DNA from: Promethearchaeota archaeon
GTDB taxonomy: Archaea > Asgardarchaeota > Heimdallarchaeia > Hodarchaeales > Hodarchaeaceae
NCBI GenBank assembly: GCA_048938105.1
Contig: JBHLMN010000010.1
Coordinates: forward strand, 1 to 64,000
Length of the DNA stretch: 64,000 bases
Direction of reading: 5' to 3'
This document shows positions 39,285-49,338 of this stretch, one piece after another (positions within the stretch are counted from its first letter, which is position 1; every line of letters starts with the position of its first letter). The notes beneath the pieces were generated by a model that saw only the letters and a list, made by a program, of their open reading frames with translations, was not told the DNA's origin and searched no databases. A program made the position numbers and the translations under genes.

Positions 39285-40016
39285 ATGAGTACGATCAAAT
39301 CCGGTATTCCAGGATTAGATACTCTCTTTGAAGCTAATGAATTTCCAAAAGGTCGACAAATCCTCGTCACAGGCCCTCCTGGCTCTGGAAAGACTGTCTT
39401 TGGACTCCAATTTTTGCTGAATGGGGCTTTACATTACGAAGAACCAGGTGTCTTTGTCAGTTTTGATGATTTACCTCGACATATCCGTGCTGATATGTAT
39501 TCATTTGGGTGGAATATCCAACAACTTGAAGAAGAGTTTAATCCTCCTTTAATTACTCTAGTTGATGGTTTTTCCGCGAGAGTTGGATTGACTACTGATG
39601 AAAAATACATTATTCGAGCTAATGTAGACAGCTTACTTTTGGTTTTGACCGAGATATTAGATGAAACTGGTTCCACACGGGTTTGCATTGATTCTTTATC
39701 CACGCTTTCAACAATTATCAAAGATCCTGTTCAAGTTCGCAAAGAAATTTTAACAATGGGAGCTATCTTAGGAGAACAAGGATGTACCACCCTATTGACA
39801 GCTGAAACTCTAGCCATGGGGGTTGAGGAATATTCATCTCAAGGTCTTATCCGCCTGAGCTATGATGAGCTTTCAACTGGAGAATTCCGTCGAGCTATCC
39901 TTGTCCAAAAGATGCGTGGATTTGCCCATGAGTTCTCTTGGAAGGAGTTTCGTATCACTGAAAATGGAATTAAGATTTTTCCAGACAGAACTATAGGACG
40001 TGGGCAGTTCAAGTGA
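39285..40016 (+). CDS. RecA-superfamily KaiC/RAD55-like ATPase (single domain)
   Basis: SGIPGLD, GPPGSGKT, RVCIDSLS and KMRG..H. Confidence 0.92.
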   Translation: MSTIKSGIPGLDTLFEANEFPKGRQILVTGPPGSGKTVFGLQFLLNGALHYEEPGVFVSFDDLPRHIRADMYSFGWNIQQLEEEFNPPLITLVDGFSARVGLTTDEKYIIRANVDSLLLVLTEILDETGSTRVCIDSLSTLSTIIKDPVQVRKEILTMGAILGEQGCTTLLTAETLAMGVEEYSSQGLIRLSYDELSTGEFRRAILVQKMRGFAHEFSWKEFRITENGIKIFPDRTIGRGQFK

Positions 40017-40192
40017 CAAATGATCTTCCCCCTGGAGTATTAGTTCAAATTAAACAGATTAAAGAACGCTGCGGAAAGTGTAACCAACCATTCACCATGG
40101 AAACTTATCTTGAACCCCTGACTGAACAACGTTCCTATCGTGTCCTATGTAAAACCTGTAACTATACTGTTCCATTAGTTGATGAACAATGA
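40013..40192 (+). CDS. Zinc-ribbon microprotein (59 aa)
   Basis: Not in the ORF track. MTNDLPPGVLVQIKQIKERCGKCNQPF...VLCKTCNYTVPLVDEQ; GTGA overlap with the upstream stop and ATGA overlap with the downstream start. Confidence 0.8.
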   Translation: MTNDLPPGVLVQIKQIKERCGKCNQPFTMETYLEPLTEQRSYRVLCKTCNYTVPLVDEQ

Positions 40193-40803
40193 AAGAAATT
40201 TCATTGGCAGAGAAGCGATTTATTTGCCAACAAAGTGGACATTGTTGTTGTGACCCAAACATCATTGTTACATTAACTTTTCGTGACATTTTACGACTTT
40301 TCATTGCTTTATACCGTGATTTCAGATTATTACTCCAAAAAATCACTTTTTATACTTTAGATTCAATAACTTCCCCTCTTATTGAAAAACAAATGGTACT
40401 AAAGACCATTCAAACTAGTGATGGGAAAATTATTCCTGGTTTGAAAAAACACTCGCAAAAAGTATGTGTATTTTTTATCCCCCCGAATTGTTCAATCTAT
40501 TCTTTTAGGCCACTAGCTTGTAGAAATTATCCACTGGCCTTTGTAAAAGAGAATGAACTTATTGTGTCCACATGGGCAAAAAATTCGGAAAAAACATGCC
40601 CTGGTATAGGGAAAGGTTCCCCTCTGTCTCTAAAGAATATAGAACAGAGAGGAAAACAATTTTTCGAAGAGATTGAAAAACATAATCAAGTAGTAAAGGA
40701 ATTGAATATAGAAGCATTAAATAAGCATCCCTTAACTGCTAGAGAAGCTTTATGGACTTTAATAATATATGGAGAAAATGAATTTCAGCAAAAACAAAAA
40801 TAA
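40189..40803 (+). CDS. YkgJ-family (CxxCxxCC) cysteine-cluster protein
   Basis: FICQQSGHCCC, CVFF..NCSIYSFRPLACRNYP and CPGIGKG. Confidence 0.9.
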   Translation: MKEISLAEKRFICQQSGHCCCDPNIIVTLTFRDILRLFIALYRDFRLLLQKITFYTLDSITSPLIEKQMVLKTIQTSDGKIIPGLKKHSQKVCVFFIPPNCSIYSFRPLACRNYPLAFVKENELIVSTWAKNSEKTCPGIGKGSPLSLKNIEQRGKQFFEEIEKHNQVVKELNIEALNKHPLTAREALWTLIIYGENEFQQKQK

Positions 40804-40991
40804 GTTCCTTTTCTGTGGTTATTTTTATATTTCTTAATTCAATTATTTTTTCTGTCTGTTTATTATATGAAACATATTACGTTATATTATGTATCTTAAG
40901 AAAAAATTTAGAATTTGGTTTTATAGAAAACTTTTGGGATGTTAATTAATGTGCTTAAACCCAAATCCGTTATTGTGAGTTGAAATAGTAA

Positions 40992-42638
40992 ATGAAAACT
41001 TTAGACGAGGTTACAAGATGGGGAAGAGGATCTAAACCTGCGCATGTTAAATTCACTAATGCACTCAAAAATTATATTTTTGAAATGTTAGGAATGGATT
41101 TACAAACAAAGAAGAAAATATATCCACAAAAACGTTCTTTAGATGATTATTTCACCGAACCTCAACTTCCTGAAGAATTTATCAAGAAATTAACACAAGA
41201 ACTTGGCTCAGATCAAGTTTCTAGTGATTTTCAGGAGAGAGTGAAAAACTCAATTGGAAAATCATATCTCGAATTAATTCAAGCACGAATAACTGATATT
41301 CCCTCTTTAGTTGAAGTAGTAGTATATCCTAGGACACATAATGAAGTTGTCAAAGTTATAGAAATAGCCAATGAATTTAAAATCCCTATATCTCCTGTTG
41401 GTGGAGGAACTTCGATGACATTGGGGATTCAAGCTCCTTCAGGTTCAATTGCTGTAAATCTATCTCATATGAATCAAGTATTAATGATTAACAAAGATTC
41501 TCTATATATTACGACTCAGGTTGGTATTTCTGGACCTGAACTTGAGAGCATCTTAAATCACGAGAATCTAACTCTAGGTCACTTCCCTCAATCCTTTAAC
41601 TATAGTTCTGTGGGAGGATGGGTTGTTACACGAGGAGCAGGTCAAAATTCAACTCTTTATGGAAAAATTGAAGATATGATCATGGGATTCAAATTTGTAA
41701 CAGGTATTGGCGAAACCTTAATCACTCGTAAATCTCCTGCAAGAGCTACTGGTCCTGATTTAAATCAGATTATTGCTGGATCTGAAGGAGCTTTTGGTAT
41801 ACTTACTGAGGTTACATTAAGAGTTTCAAAATTACCTCAAAAAACAAAAATGGCAAGTTTTTTCTTTCATGATTTTGAGGAAGGAGTAACAGCTTTTAAG
41901 AATTTACTTCAGGATGGATTCATTCCTGCCATAATACGGCTATATAATGCGGAAGAAACTTTCTCTAGCTTACGTAGTTCAGCGTTAATGAAAGACCCTC
42001 CTAAAGAATCATTTCTCATTCGAGCAGCATTAAAGTACGTCGAATCTCGAGGTTATTCTGAAAAAACCCGTTGTTTGTCTGTTGTGGTTTTTGAAGGAAA
42101 TTCTGACTTGGTAAAAGTAACTCGAAAAAAAACAATAGCTTATGCAAAAAAGGCTGGGGGAATTTCTCTTGGTTCGATTCCTGCAAAATCATGGATTAAA
42201 TCTCGTTATGAATCACCTTTTCTTCGAGATCCTATTATTGATTATGGAATACTTGTCGAAACATTTGAAACGAGTACAACTTGGGAAAATATTGTTCCTC
42301 TGTATAATGCTGTCCAAGAGATTCTTAAACCTGAATGTCCCGTTATCTGGATACATGCGAGTCATTTTTATAAAAATGGGGCGAATTTATACTTCCATCT
42401 TTTTGCTCCTCAAGAATTAAACAATGAAATTGAACAATTTCTTCGGATTAAAAAGAAAATCATTGATACATTCCTTGCGAACGGAGGAACAATAAGTCAT
42501 CATCATGGTGTTGGTAGAACATTCTCTCAATGGCTCTCTCAAGAAATCGGAGTAGAGGGAATTAATATATTACAAAATATTAAGAAAAGCCTTGATCCAA
42601 ATGGAATAATGAACCCTGGAGTATTCGGGTTACAATGA
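40992..42638 (+). CDS. FAD-linked oxidoreductase, alkyl-dihydroxyacetonephosphate synthase (ADPS)-like
   Basis: GGGTS, GHFPQS..YSSVGGWV.TR.AGQ.S..YGKIED, ATGPDL..GSEG.FG, ETFETS, SHHHGVG and LDPNGIMNPG. Confidence 0.85.
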   Translation: MKTLDEVTRWGRGSKPAHVKFTNALKNYIFEMLGMDLQTKKKIYPQKRSLDDYFTEPQLPEEFIKKLTQELGSDQVSSDFQERVKNSIGKSYLELIQARITDIPSLVEVVVYPRTHNEVVKVIEIANEFKIPISPVGGGTSMTLGIQAPSGSIAVNLSHMNQVLMINKDSLYITTQVGISGPELESILNHENLTLGHFPQSFNYSSVGGWVVTRGAGQNSTLYGKIEDMIMGFKFVTGIGETLITRKSPARATGPDLNQIIAGSEGAFGILTEVTLRVSKLPQKTKMASFFFHDFEEGVTAFKNLLQDGFIPAIIRLYNAEETFSSLRSSALMKDPPKESFLIRAALKYVESRGYSEKTRCLSVVVFEGNSDLVKVTRKKTIAYAKKAGGISLGSIPAKSWIKSRYESPFLRDPIIDYGILVETFETSTTWENIVPLYNAVQEILKPECPVIWIHASHFYKNGANLYFHLFAPQELNNEIEQFLRIKKKIIDTFLANGGTISHHHGVGRTFSQWLSQEIGVEGINILQNIKKSLDPNGIMNPGVFGLQ

Positions 42639-42647
42639 TTCTCCTCC

Positions 42648-44291
42648 TTAAGGTTTCCAAACTAAACTTTCCTTATATTTCGTTATTTCTTCGTTCTTTT
42701 TCTCAGAGGACCATTCAAGAATTTCAGCCATTCGGTTTGCAATACTTTCAACACAATCTAAGCCCTGTTCTTCAGAAAGCTGAAGCTGGGTTCGTCTGAA
42801 CATGATATCATTTAAGGTTACCGCTTTCTCATGCTTTATATAATAATCAACTTCAGCAAGAATGTATGGACGATTCTTTGAAATTCTTTCCCGCAATAGA
42901 GGATTTAATTCCACCTGTTCACATACTTGGGGATAATTTTTTCCATATCTAAGTAAATGCCTAGCTATGTCCTTAGAGAACTGATACCGAATTGTTAAAT
43001 CTTCCATCGCAATGGTTACCCAATTATCCCAATGCTTCCCTTTTGTAGAGATCCAACCGTAGAGCGGAACCTTATCGGTTCGACACTTACTTTTTTTTCC
43101 CAATACCTCAGCAAACTGATCAACCAATTCCTTTGCCATTGAACGAAATGTAGTATATTTTCCACCCGTGATAGCGAATACATTTGGCTTTATTCTGAAA
43201 ATTTCATGCTTTCGTGAAACGTCAGATTCTGATTTTACATTTGGAGATACTATTAAGGGGCGTATCCCAGAATAAGCACTAACAATATCCTCTCTCTTTA
43301 AAATATCTGGAAAAAGGAAATTTGTAGCTTCAATTAAATATTCAATGTCCTCTTCAAGGACTGGAACAAAATCATAATCTTCTTTGTAATCGGTATCAGT
43401 TGTTCCAATTAAATTGTATTTACCAAAGGGACAAATGAAAAATATTCTACCGTCTCTGATAGGGAGACCTAAGACATAATCCTTCTTATAAATCCTTCTT
43501 GTTATAATATGAATTCCTTTTGTTGGACGTACTCTTTTTGGAACGGAGGGATCAAGATTTTGTACCACTAGATCAGTCCAAGGACCACAAGCTAAAACAA
43601 TTGTACGTGCTGTTATTTCAAATTCCTTATTGTCAAGTTTATCTCGAACATTAACCCCTTTAACTGTTCCTTCCGAGTTTTTGTTGAATGAAATTGCTTC
43701 ACAGTAATTGAGAACATGAGATCCATGCTCTTCAGCAGAGAGAATAACATCTAGTGTCAGCCTCGCATCATCCATTAACCCATCCCCATATAGAACTGCT
43801 CCTTGAAAATTCTCTTCTCTTAATGGTGAGGGAAGGAGTGTTTGTGCTTTTTCAACATTTAAAATCTTATGAAACGTGTAATTTCTAAAATTTGCCAATA
43901 AATCATATACCCATACTCCCTTTCGAAGTTTAGATTTTTTAAAAATCGTATCTGAATAAGCTGGTAAGATAAATTGGATGGGCCTTGAGAGGTGTGGAGC
44001 CATTTCAATTATTCTGTTCCGCTCCAGTGACCCTTCTCGGACAAGACGATACTCTTTCTGAGCAAGATAGCGAATACCCGCGTGAAGTATCTTTGAGGAG
44101 CCACTACTTGTACCATAACCGAAATCATTTTTCTCTATTAAAGCAACCGTGTAACCCCGTAAAACAGCATCACGTACAATACCTGCTCCAGATATTCCTC
44201 CTCCAATCACGAGTATATCAAACTCTTCAGCCTTCATTTTTTCAATTGTCTGTTCTCGATAATTTAGAAGGTCAATTTCCATACTATCCAT
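42648..44291 (-). CDS. glpD: FAD-dependent glycerol-3-phosphate dehydrogenase
   Basis: IGGGISGAG..RDA..RG, DF..GTSS.SSK..H.GIRYL, DDARL, PTKGIH, GTTD, G.RPL, SR.H and GGKYTTFR.MA. Confidence 0.93.
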   Translation of the reverse strand: MDSMEIDLLNYREQTIEKMKAEEFDILVIGGGISGAGIVRDAVLRGYTVALIEKNDFGYGTSSGSSKILHAGIRYLAQKEYRLVREGSLERNRIIEMAPHLSRPIQFILPAYSDTIFKKSKLRKGVWVYDLLANFRNYTFHKILNVEKAQTLLPSPLREENFQGAVLYGDGLMDDARLTLDVILSAEEHGSHVLNYCEAISFNKNSEGTVKGVNVRDKLDNKEFEITARTIVLACGPWTDLVVQNLDPSVPKRVRPTKGIHIITRRIYKKDYVLGLPIRDGRIFFICPFGKYNLIGTTDTDYKEDYDFVPVLEEDIEYLIEATNFLFPDILKREDIVSAYSGIRPLIVSPNVKSESDVSRKHEIFRIKPNVFAITGGKYTTFRSMAKELVDQFAEVLGKKSKCRTDKVPLYGWISTKGKHWDNWVTIAMEDLTIRYQFSKDIARHLLRYGKNYPQVCEQVELNPLLRERISKNRPYILAEVDYYIKHEKAVTLNDIMFRRTQLQLSEEQGLDCVESIANRMAEILEWSSEKKNEEITKYKESLVWKP

Positions 44292-44309
44292 TTGAACTAC
44301 CTTATTGAT

Positions 44310-45053
44310 TCAGATTTGAAAGAATTCTTGAGCATTTAAGGTTGTAATTTTATCAACCTCTTCAAATGTACTCTCTTTTAAGGTTGCGATTTCCTCAATA
44401 GCATACTTTACGTTTGCGGGCTCATTCTTTTTACCTGGAATTGGACTAAGAAATGGTGTATCAGTCTCAACAACAATGTTTTCTAAGGGGATATTTTGAG
44501 CAATTCTACGGTGTAATTTTCGATTTCGCACAGCAGTAGGGATTGAGATGAACCAACCAAGGTCAATTGTTTTCTTTGCTTCTTCTAGGTTACCTGCAAA
44601 ACAATGCATAAGAACTGGTACATCAGCATTATTTTCCAGAATTTCCAAGCATTCTTTTTCAGCTTTTCGTGAATGAATTACTAGTGGTTTTTGTCGTTCA
44701 TTAGCCAATTGAATAAACTTGAGAAAGACTTCTTGTTGTTTTTTACGCCAATAAGAATCCTTTATCCAGTGATAATCTAAACCAACTTCCCCAATAGCTA
44801 CTAAAGAGGGATACTCCTGAATTTTTTCATACGCCACTAAAAAATCTATTTTTTGTATATGAGATGCTGAAAAACCTAAAGTGGTATACACAAACTGAGC
44901 ATTTTTGTTTTCAAGATATTCAGCGAATTCAATATGTCGAGGTTCAATCGCAGAATTAATTACCGCCTCAAGTCCTGATGTACGAGCATTTTCTACAATT
45001 TCATCAACGTTTTTCACAAAATCTGGTAAAAGGTGAGCATGAGAGTCAATCAT
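44310..45053 (-). CDS. tatD: TatD-family nuclease
   Basis: DSHAH, AIGEVGLD, IHSR, HCF and ETDTPFL. Confidence 0.94.
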   Translation of the reverse strand: MIDSHAHLLPDFVKNVDEIVENARTSGLEAVINSAIEPRHIEFAEYLENKNAQFVYTTLGFSASHIQKIDFLVAYEKIQEYPSLVAIGEVGLDYHWIKDSYWRKKQQEVFLKFIQLANERQKPLVIHSRKAEKECLEILENNADVPVLMHCFAGNLEEAKKTIDLGWFISIPTAVRNRKLHRRIAQNIPLENIVVETDTPFLSPIPGKKNEPANVKYAIEEIATLKESTFEEVDKITTLNAQEFFQI

Positions 45054-45195
45054 AAGCAGTTACCAACTAAATCAAGATCATAATACATCAATTTGTTAGT
45101 TATTCATTTAATTTTTTTTACTACTGAGGATGGCTTAACAACTTTTTTTTGGACATCCTAAATTGGTAATTATTACTTCCTCATCTTGATCTGAA

Positions 45196-46392
45196 GTGTT
45201 TTCGATGAAAATTATTGATTTAGTCCATCAAAATGAAGAATTTCGGAAAGATACCTTAAATATGATTGTATCAGAAAATGTGTTGAGTCCTCAAGTGAAA
45301 CAAGCTCTAGGTATTCAGCACGCTCGTTACCATGCGGATTTTTATGGGGGGACACAAATCTTCAAACAAATTTATGATCAAACTCAATTTCTAACCAAGA
45401 AAGTTTTTCAGTGCAGTTCAACAGTCATCTCACCATTATCTGGGAATTTAGCAGTTGTAGCTGTTATTCTAGCCTTTACGAAACCCAAAGAGAAGATTGC
45501 AATTTTACCCCTATCACCTGCAGGTGGATATCCAATAAACATAGAGTTTTTTGGCAGAAAAAGAGTAAATATTCCATTCAACCCTGTGGAGTACAATATT
45601 GATCTCGCTCCAACGCTTGAAATGCTTTCAAAAGAAAAACCAAAGCTTGTGTTCTTAGGGTCTTCACTATTCCTTTTTCCTCACCCTGTTGAACCAATAG
45701 CCGATATTGTACATAATTATGGAGGAACGGTCGCATATGATGGTTCCCATGTCTTGGGTTTGATTGCTGGTGAGCAATTTCAAGATCCATTAAAAGAAGG
45801 GGCTGATTTACTCCTTGGTTCAACCCATAAATCGTTTCCAGGACCTCAAGGAGGAATCATTTTATCAAATAATTTTCATGATAAAAAATTAGAGGAAGTT
45901 ATTGGAACAAATCCCCTTGGTGGCATTGTTTTAGTTGATAACATCCATAATTCCCGTATCGCTGCATTGGGGATTGCACTCGAAGAGTTTCTAGAATACG
46001 GGAGAGAATATGCTAGTCAGGTAATTAAAAACTCTAAAACTCTTGCATATAGTTTAGATGCTAATAATATAATCCTTCAAGGTAAAGAAAAAGGATTTAC
46101 GCAATCTCACCAAGTATTAATGAGGATAAATAATTTTGATGAAGGAGCAAAATTAAGGAATCTTTTAATGGATTATCAAATTGTGACCGATGCAGGCATG
46201 CGTTTTGGAACAGCAGAGCTAACGCGTTTAGGGTTTTGTGAAGAAGAAATGAATAATCTTGGAAATATTATCGGAAAAATAATTTACAATCATCTTCAAT
46301 CTCAACCCCTTAAACCTTCGGAGATAAGTAGTATCAAGGAGGATGTAAAAAAACTCATTAAACTTGCTAAAGAATCAGATCTTATGGGATAA
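45196..46392 (+). CDS. glyA: Serine hydroxymethyltransferase (archaeal type)
   Basis: SENVLS, FYGG, SL.LFPHPV, YDGSHVLGLIAG..FQDPL, GSTHKSFPGPQGG and RFGT.ELTRLG. Confidence 0.88.
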   Translation: MFSMKIIDLVHQNEEFRKDTLNMIVSENVLSPQVKQALGIQHARYHADFYGGTQIFKQIYDQTQFLTKKVFQCSSTVISPLSGNLAVVAVILAFTKPKEKIAILPLSPAGGYPINIEFFGRKRVNIPFNPVEYNIDLAPTLEMLSKEKPKLVFLGSSLFLFPHPVEPIADIVHNYGGTVAYDGSHVLGLIAGEQFQDPLKEGADLLLGSTHKSFPGPQGGIILSNNFHDKKLEEVIGTNPLGGIVLVDNIHNSRIAALGIALEEFLEYGREYASQVIKNSKTLAYSLDANNIILQGKEKGFTQSHQVLMRINNFDEGAKLRNLLMDYQIVTDAGMRFGTAELTRLGFCEEEMNNLGNIIGKIIYNHLQSQPLKPSEISSIKEDVKKLIKLAKESDLMG

Positions 46393-46497
46393 AAACTCAA
46401 AAACGGTATTCCATTGTGGCAACATTAAAGCAAAAAATCTTGATACATCTCCAAATTGTTCTCATTAAGAATCAATACAGCATTAGAGGCCACATTA

Positions 46498-47508
46498 ATG
46501 GAAGAAGCAGAATTTCGTGAGCTTATTCAACAATACGCTATGCAGGTGCGGTTAGACGAGGGGGAAGCAAGCCTGACATCTGTTTTGAAACTCGTAATTA
46601 CAGAAAATCCAGACTTAAAGACTCAAGTTCGTTCATCTGTATCTATTGTAAAAGAAGAAATTGCTAAAGTCAATAAGATTGCAGAAAATGACCTGGGAGA
46701 TGTTACTGCTGAAATTGAAGCTGGCGAATCCTCTGAATACGAAATGCTTGAAAATCTTGTAATACAAAAATTCACAGAAGACCAAAAACTAAAAGCCCAG
46801 ATCAAAGCTCTAATTATCTATGGATCTTATGCTAAACGTTTACATGTTGTTGGTGAGAGTGATATAAATTTTGTAGTTGTTTTAAGTTCTGATTATCCTC
46901 AAAGCGAGACAGAGGAAGCTATTGAAAAGATAGGCCAAATTGCAGAAGAGATTGTCACACCTGAAGTAGCTCATATCTTTGATCTGATGATCTTGAAAGA
47001 AGATGATCTTTCTCAATTAGAAAAATTCGGGCCTGATTTCACTTTCATTCATGCATTATATGCAAAAGATGGAGATGTCAAATTAGGTACAAACGTTTTC
47101 AATTCTTTAGATATCTCAGAAGAACAAATTCTTGAAGCAGCAAAATTACTAATTAGCGAAGCAATAGTACAATACGATGAAATTATTAACACTGCAAAAG
47201 AAGAGGGATTACCTGATGATGAACTAGAGTATCTTGTTAGTGCATCAATCATTGATATTGCTTTTGCCCTGTGTTGTTACAAAGTAGGTTTAAAAGCAGT
47301 AACGATGGATCTTGTTAAGCCTGATATCCATGAAGAAATTAGTGAGGTTTGGGGGGAAAAAGGAGCTTTTTCAGATTATTATGACATGTTACAACAAGCT
47401 CATGCATTTAAACTTGGTATAAAGCTTCCAAACTCTCAAGATTTTATGCAGAAAAGCATTGAGTTTATTGAAGAAGTGATAACTCACACTGGTTTAAAGC
47501 AAGAATAA
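46498..47508 (+). CDS. Pol-beta-family nucleotidyltransferase-domain protein with GluRS-like N-terminal helical domain
   Basis: IYGSYA...GESDINFVVV NTase motif. The N-terminus (QYA...GEASL.SVL..VI.ENPDLK......IV.E....VN) resembles the archaeal GluRS N-terminal domain. Confidence 0.7.
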   Translation: MEEAEFRELIQQYAMQVRLDEGEASLTSVLKLVITENPDLKTQVRSSVSIVKEEIAKVNKIAENDLGDVTAEIEAGESSEYEMLENLVIQKFTEDQKLKAQIKALIIYGSYAKRLHVVGESDINFVVVLSSDYPQSETEEAIEKIGQIAEEIVTPEVAHIFDLMILKEDDLSQLEKFGPDFTFIHALYAKDGDVKLGTNVFNSLDISEEQILEAAKLLISEAIVQYDEIINTAKEEGLPDDELEYLVSASIIDIAFALCCYKVGLKAVTMDLVKPDIHEEISEVWGEKGAFSDYYDMLQQAHAFKLGIKLPNSQDFMQKSIEFIEEVITHTGLKQE

Positions 47509-47525
47509 ACTTGAGTGTTTCTTAG

Positions 47526-48110
47526 CTAAAATTGAAATTCTTTGAGATACTTTTCTAAAAAAGAAAATTGATTTTTATACTGCTGCAATTGTTGGAGAGC
47601 ATGCATTTTGAATTCATGAAATTGATTCTTATCAAGCCAATGCTTTTTTCTGTATTCCTTTGATTGGTGAATCAGATCAATAAAATCTGATATTCTTGCT
47701 AAATGATACTCTTCACTATTCTTATCATTTAAAATCTTTTCAAAAGATTCTTTTAATAGAAGAGGAACCTTTTCTAAAATGTTACGAATTGCTCCTTCCT
47801 GAATTCTTTGTTGAAATTGCGCCAATTGTTCTTGGTTTACGACATTATTAATACTTTTATCCATATCGAAACACTCTGATTCTGAAAGATCATGAAATAA
47901 TCCAATTAATACAGCTTTCTCGACATCTAATGGAGTTTTCTTTTCTACGGCCCGAAATGAATTTTCCAGAATACACAAGGAATACGTGAGAAAAGCTACA
48001 GCCCACGAATGATCTGCAAGGGATTCGACTGAACTGAAAGGCACTCCAGCCCTCACCCACCCCTGTCTCGGCAATCTTTTCATTAAAATTATGTTTTCAT
48101 ATAGTTTCAA
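47526..48110 (-). CDS. HD-domain 5'-deoxynucleotidase (YfbR/HDDC2-like)
   Basis: KRLPRQGW, ESLADHS and LFHDLSE. Confidence 0.88.
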   Translation of the reverse strand: MKLYENIILMKRLPRQGWVRAGVPFSSVESLADHSWAVAFLTYSLCILENSFRAVEKKTPLDVEKAVLIGLFHDLSESECFDMDKSINNVVNQEQLAQFQQRIQEGAIRNILEKVPLLLKESFEKILNDKNSEEYHLARISDFIDLIHQSKEYRKKHWLDKNQFHEFKMHALQQLQQYKNQFSFLEKYLKEFQF

Positions 48111-48799
48111 AGGTTACAATCACCTAAAATCAATTGGAATTAGCAAAGTAAAAAATAAGTCTACTTATTCTGATTTTTTTGCGTTCATTTTTTCATATAT
48201 TTTAATTCTTACATGGCCTTAAATCATCTTTTAACGCAACTAATGAAGTGATTATGAAGAAAAAAGCCTATTTAAATCGATTATACAAATTACGATTAAA
48301 AACTCTTATTTTCCTGATAACCTGTAAACATTAATTAAGGCCTTTATCCCAGTATTAATCGGAATCAAAAATGGCGAGAAAAATCAAAACGAAGGAAAAG
48401 AATGTTGGCCCCGCCATTGATGGTGATTCCCCCGAAATCAAAGAAAAAGCGGCAAATGAAGAAATATACAAGTCTGACATTGAGATGAGAAGAAATAAGG
48501 ATTTCTCTGTGAATATTTTCTTGTATTCATATCCAATTCCTCTCAGATACATAAAATACCCAAATTACCCCATAAATCTGATACCAGAAAAAGAAATATG
48601 ATCATAACAGATCTAAATTACTAAATCACATCAATGGTATTTATTGAAATTATCAATCTACGACTCTGCAACTCTTATAGATGCAATTTTTGATCTGTTC
48701 TCTTAAAACGTTACTACGCTACCTATAGAAGTTCTTTGAGTTCTAGGAACATCCCCCATTAAACGATGAAATTAAAAATTTTTAGAACAAGTCTAATCA

Positions 48800-49090
48800 T
48801 CAAACTTTAACATATACTTTTAGACGACGATTGGAAACAGCTTTTTTCAGAATCTTCTTTTCTTCCAATTCTTCTAATAGCTGTTTCGCTGCGGAAACAC
48901 GAATATCTTGCTTTGCAGCTATTTCCTGAGGTGTAACAACTACTGTTTTTCTTTTGGAATAATCTTTTTCTAACTCTTTGAATATTTTTTCGTAATCATC
49001 ACCAACCAGCAAGGAACGTTCATAACTAGAATATTCGAAAATTTTACCCCAGCGACGTTTCTTACGAACTCTTTTTTCAGAAAGACCCAT
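48800..49090 (-). CDS. rps25e: 30S ribosomal protein S25e
   Basis: Basic KKRRWGK N-terminus, then VVTP..IA....IRVSAAKQLLEELE winged helix. Confidence 0.85.
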   Translation of the reverse strand: MGLSEKRVRKKRRWGKIFEYSSYERSLLVGDDYEKIFKELEKDYSKRKTVVVTPQEIAAKQDIRVSAAKQLLEELEEKKILKKAVSNRRLKVYVKV

Positions 49091-49338
49091 TAAAAGCTAC
49101 TCCACAAACTACAGGTAGATGTAAAACCTCTTAGAAGACGGTTTTTACGGTAATTAAACTAATTCAGGTTATCATGTATCAAGTTTTTATTCTTTTCGTG
49201 AAATTCTCTTTTTTTTATAACAAAATTTAATATTCTCTGCTATTTTATAGAATTATAACATCAGAAAATTCATTATTACAGTAAAAAGGAAGTATTGATT
49301 TTAGAAAGCTATTTTTTAGATGATAAAATGTTAATGAG

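Noticed and set aside
39285-40016. Circadian KaiC clock
   Set aside because: Single ATPase domain with no kaiA or kaiB; this is a generic archaeal KaiC-like family member.
48355-48601. Opposing short ORFs 48355..48552 and 48371..48601
   Set aside because: No motifs, mutually overlapping, in an AT-rich gap. Neither can be supported, though a decayed membrane gene is possible.
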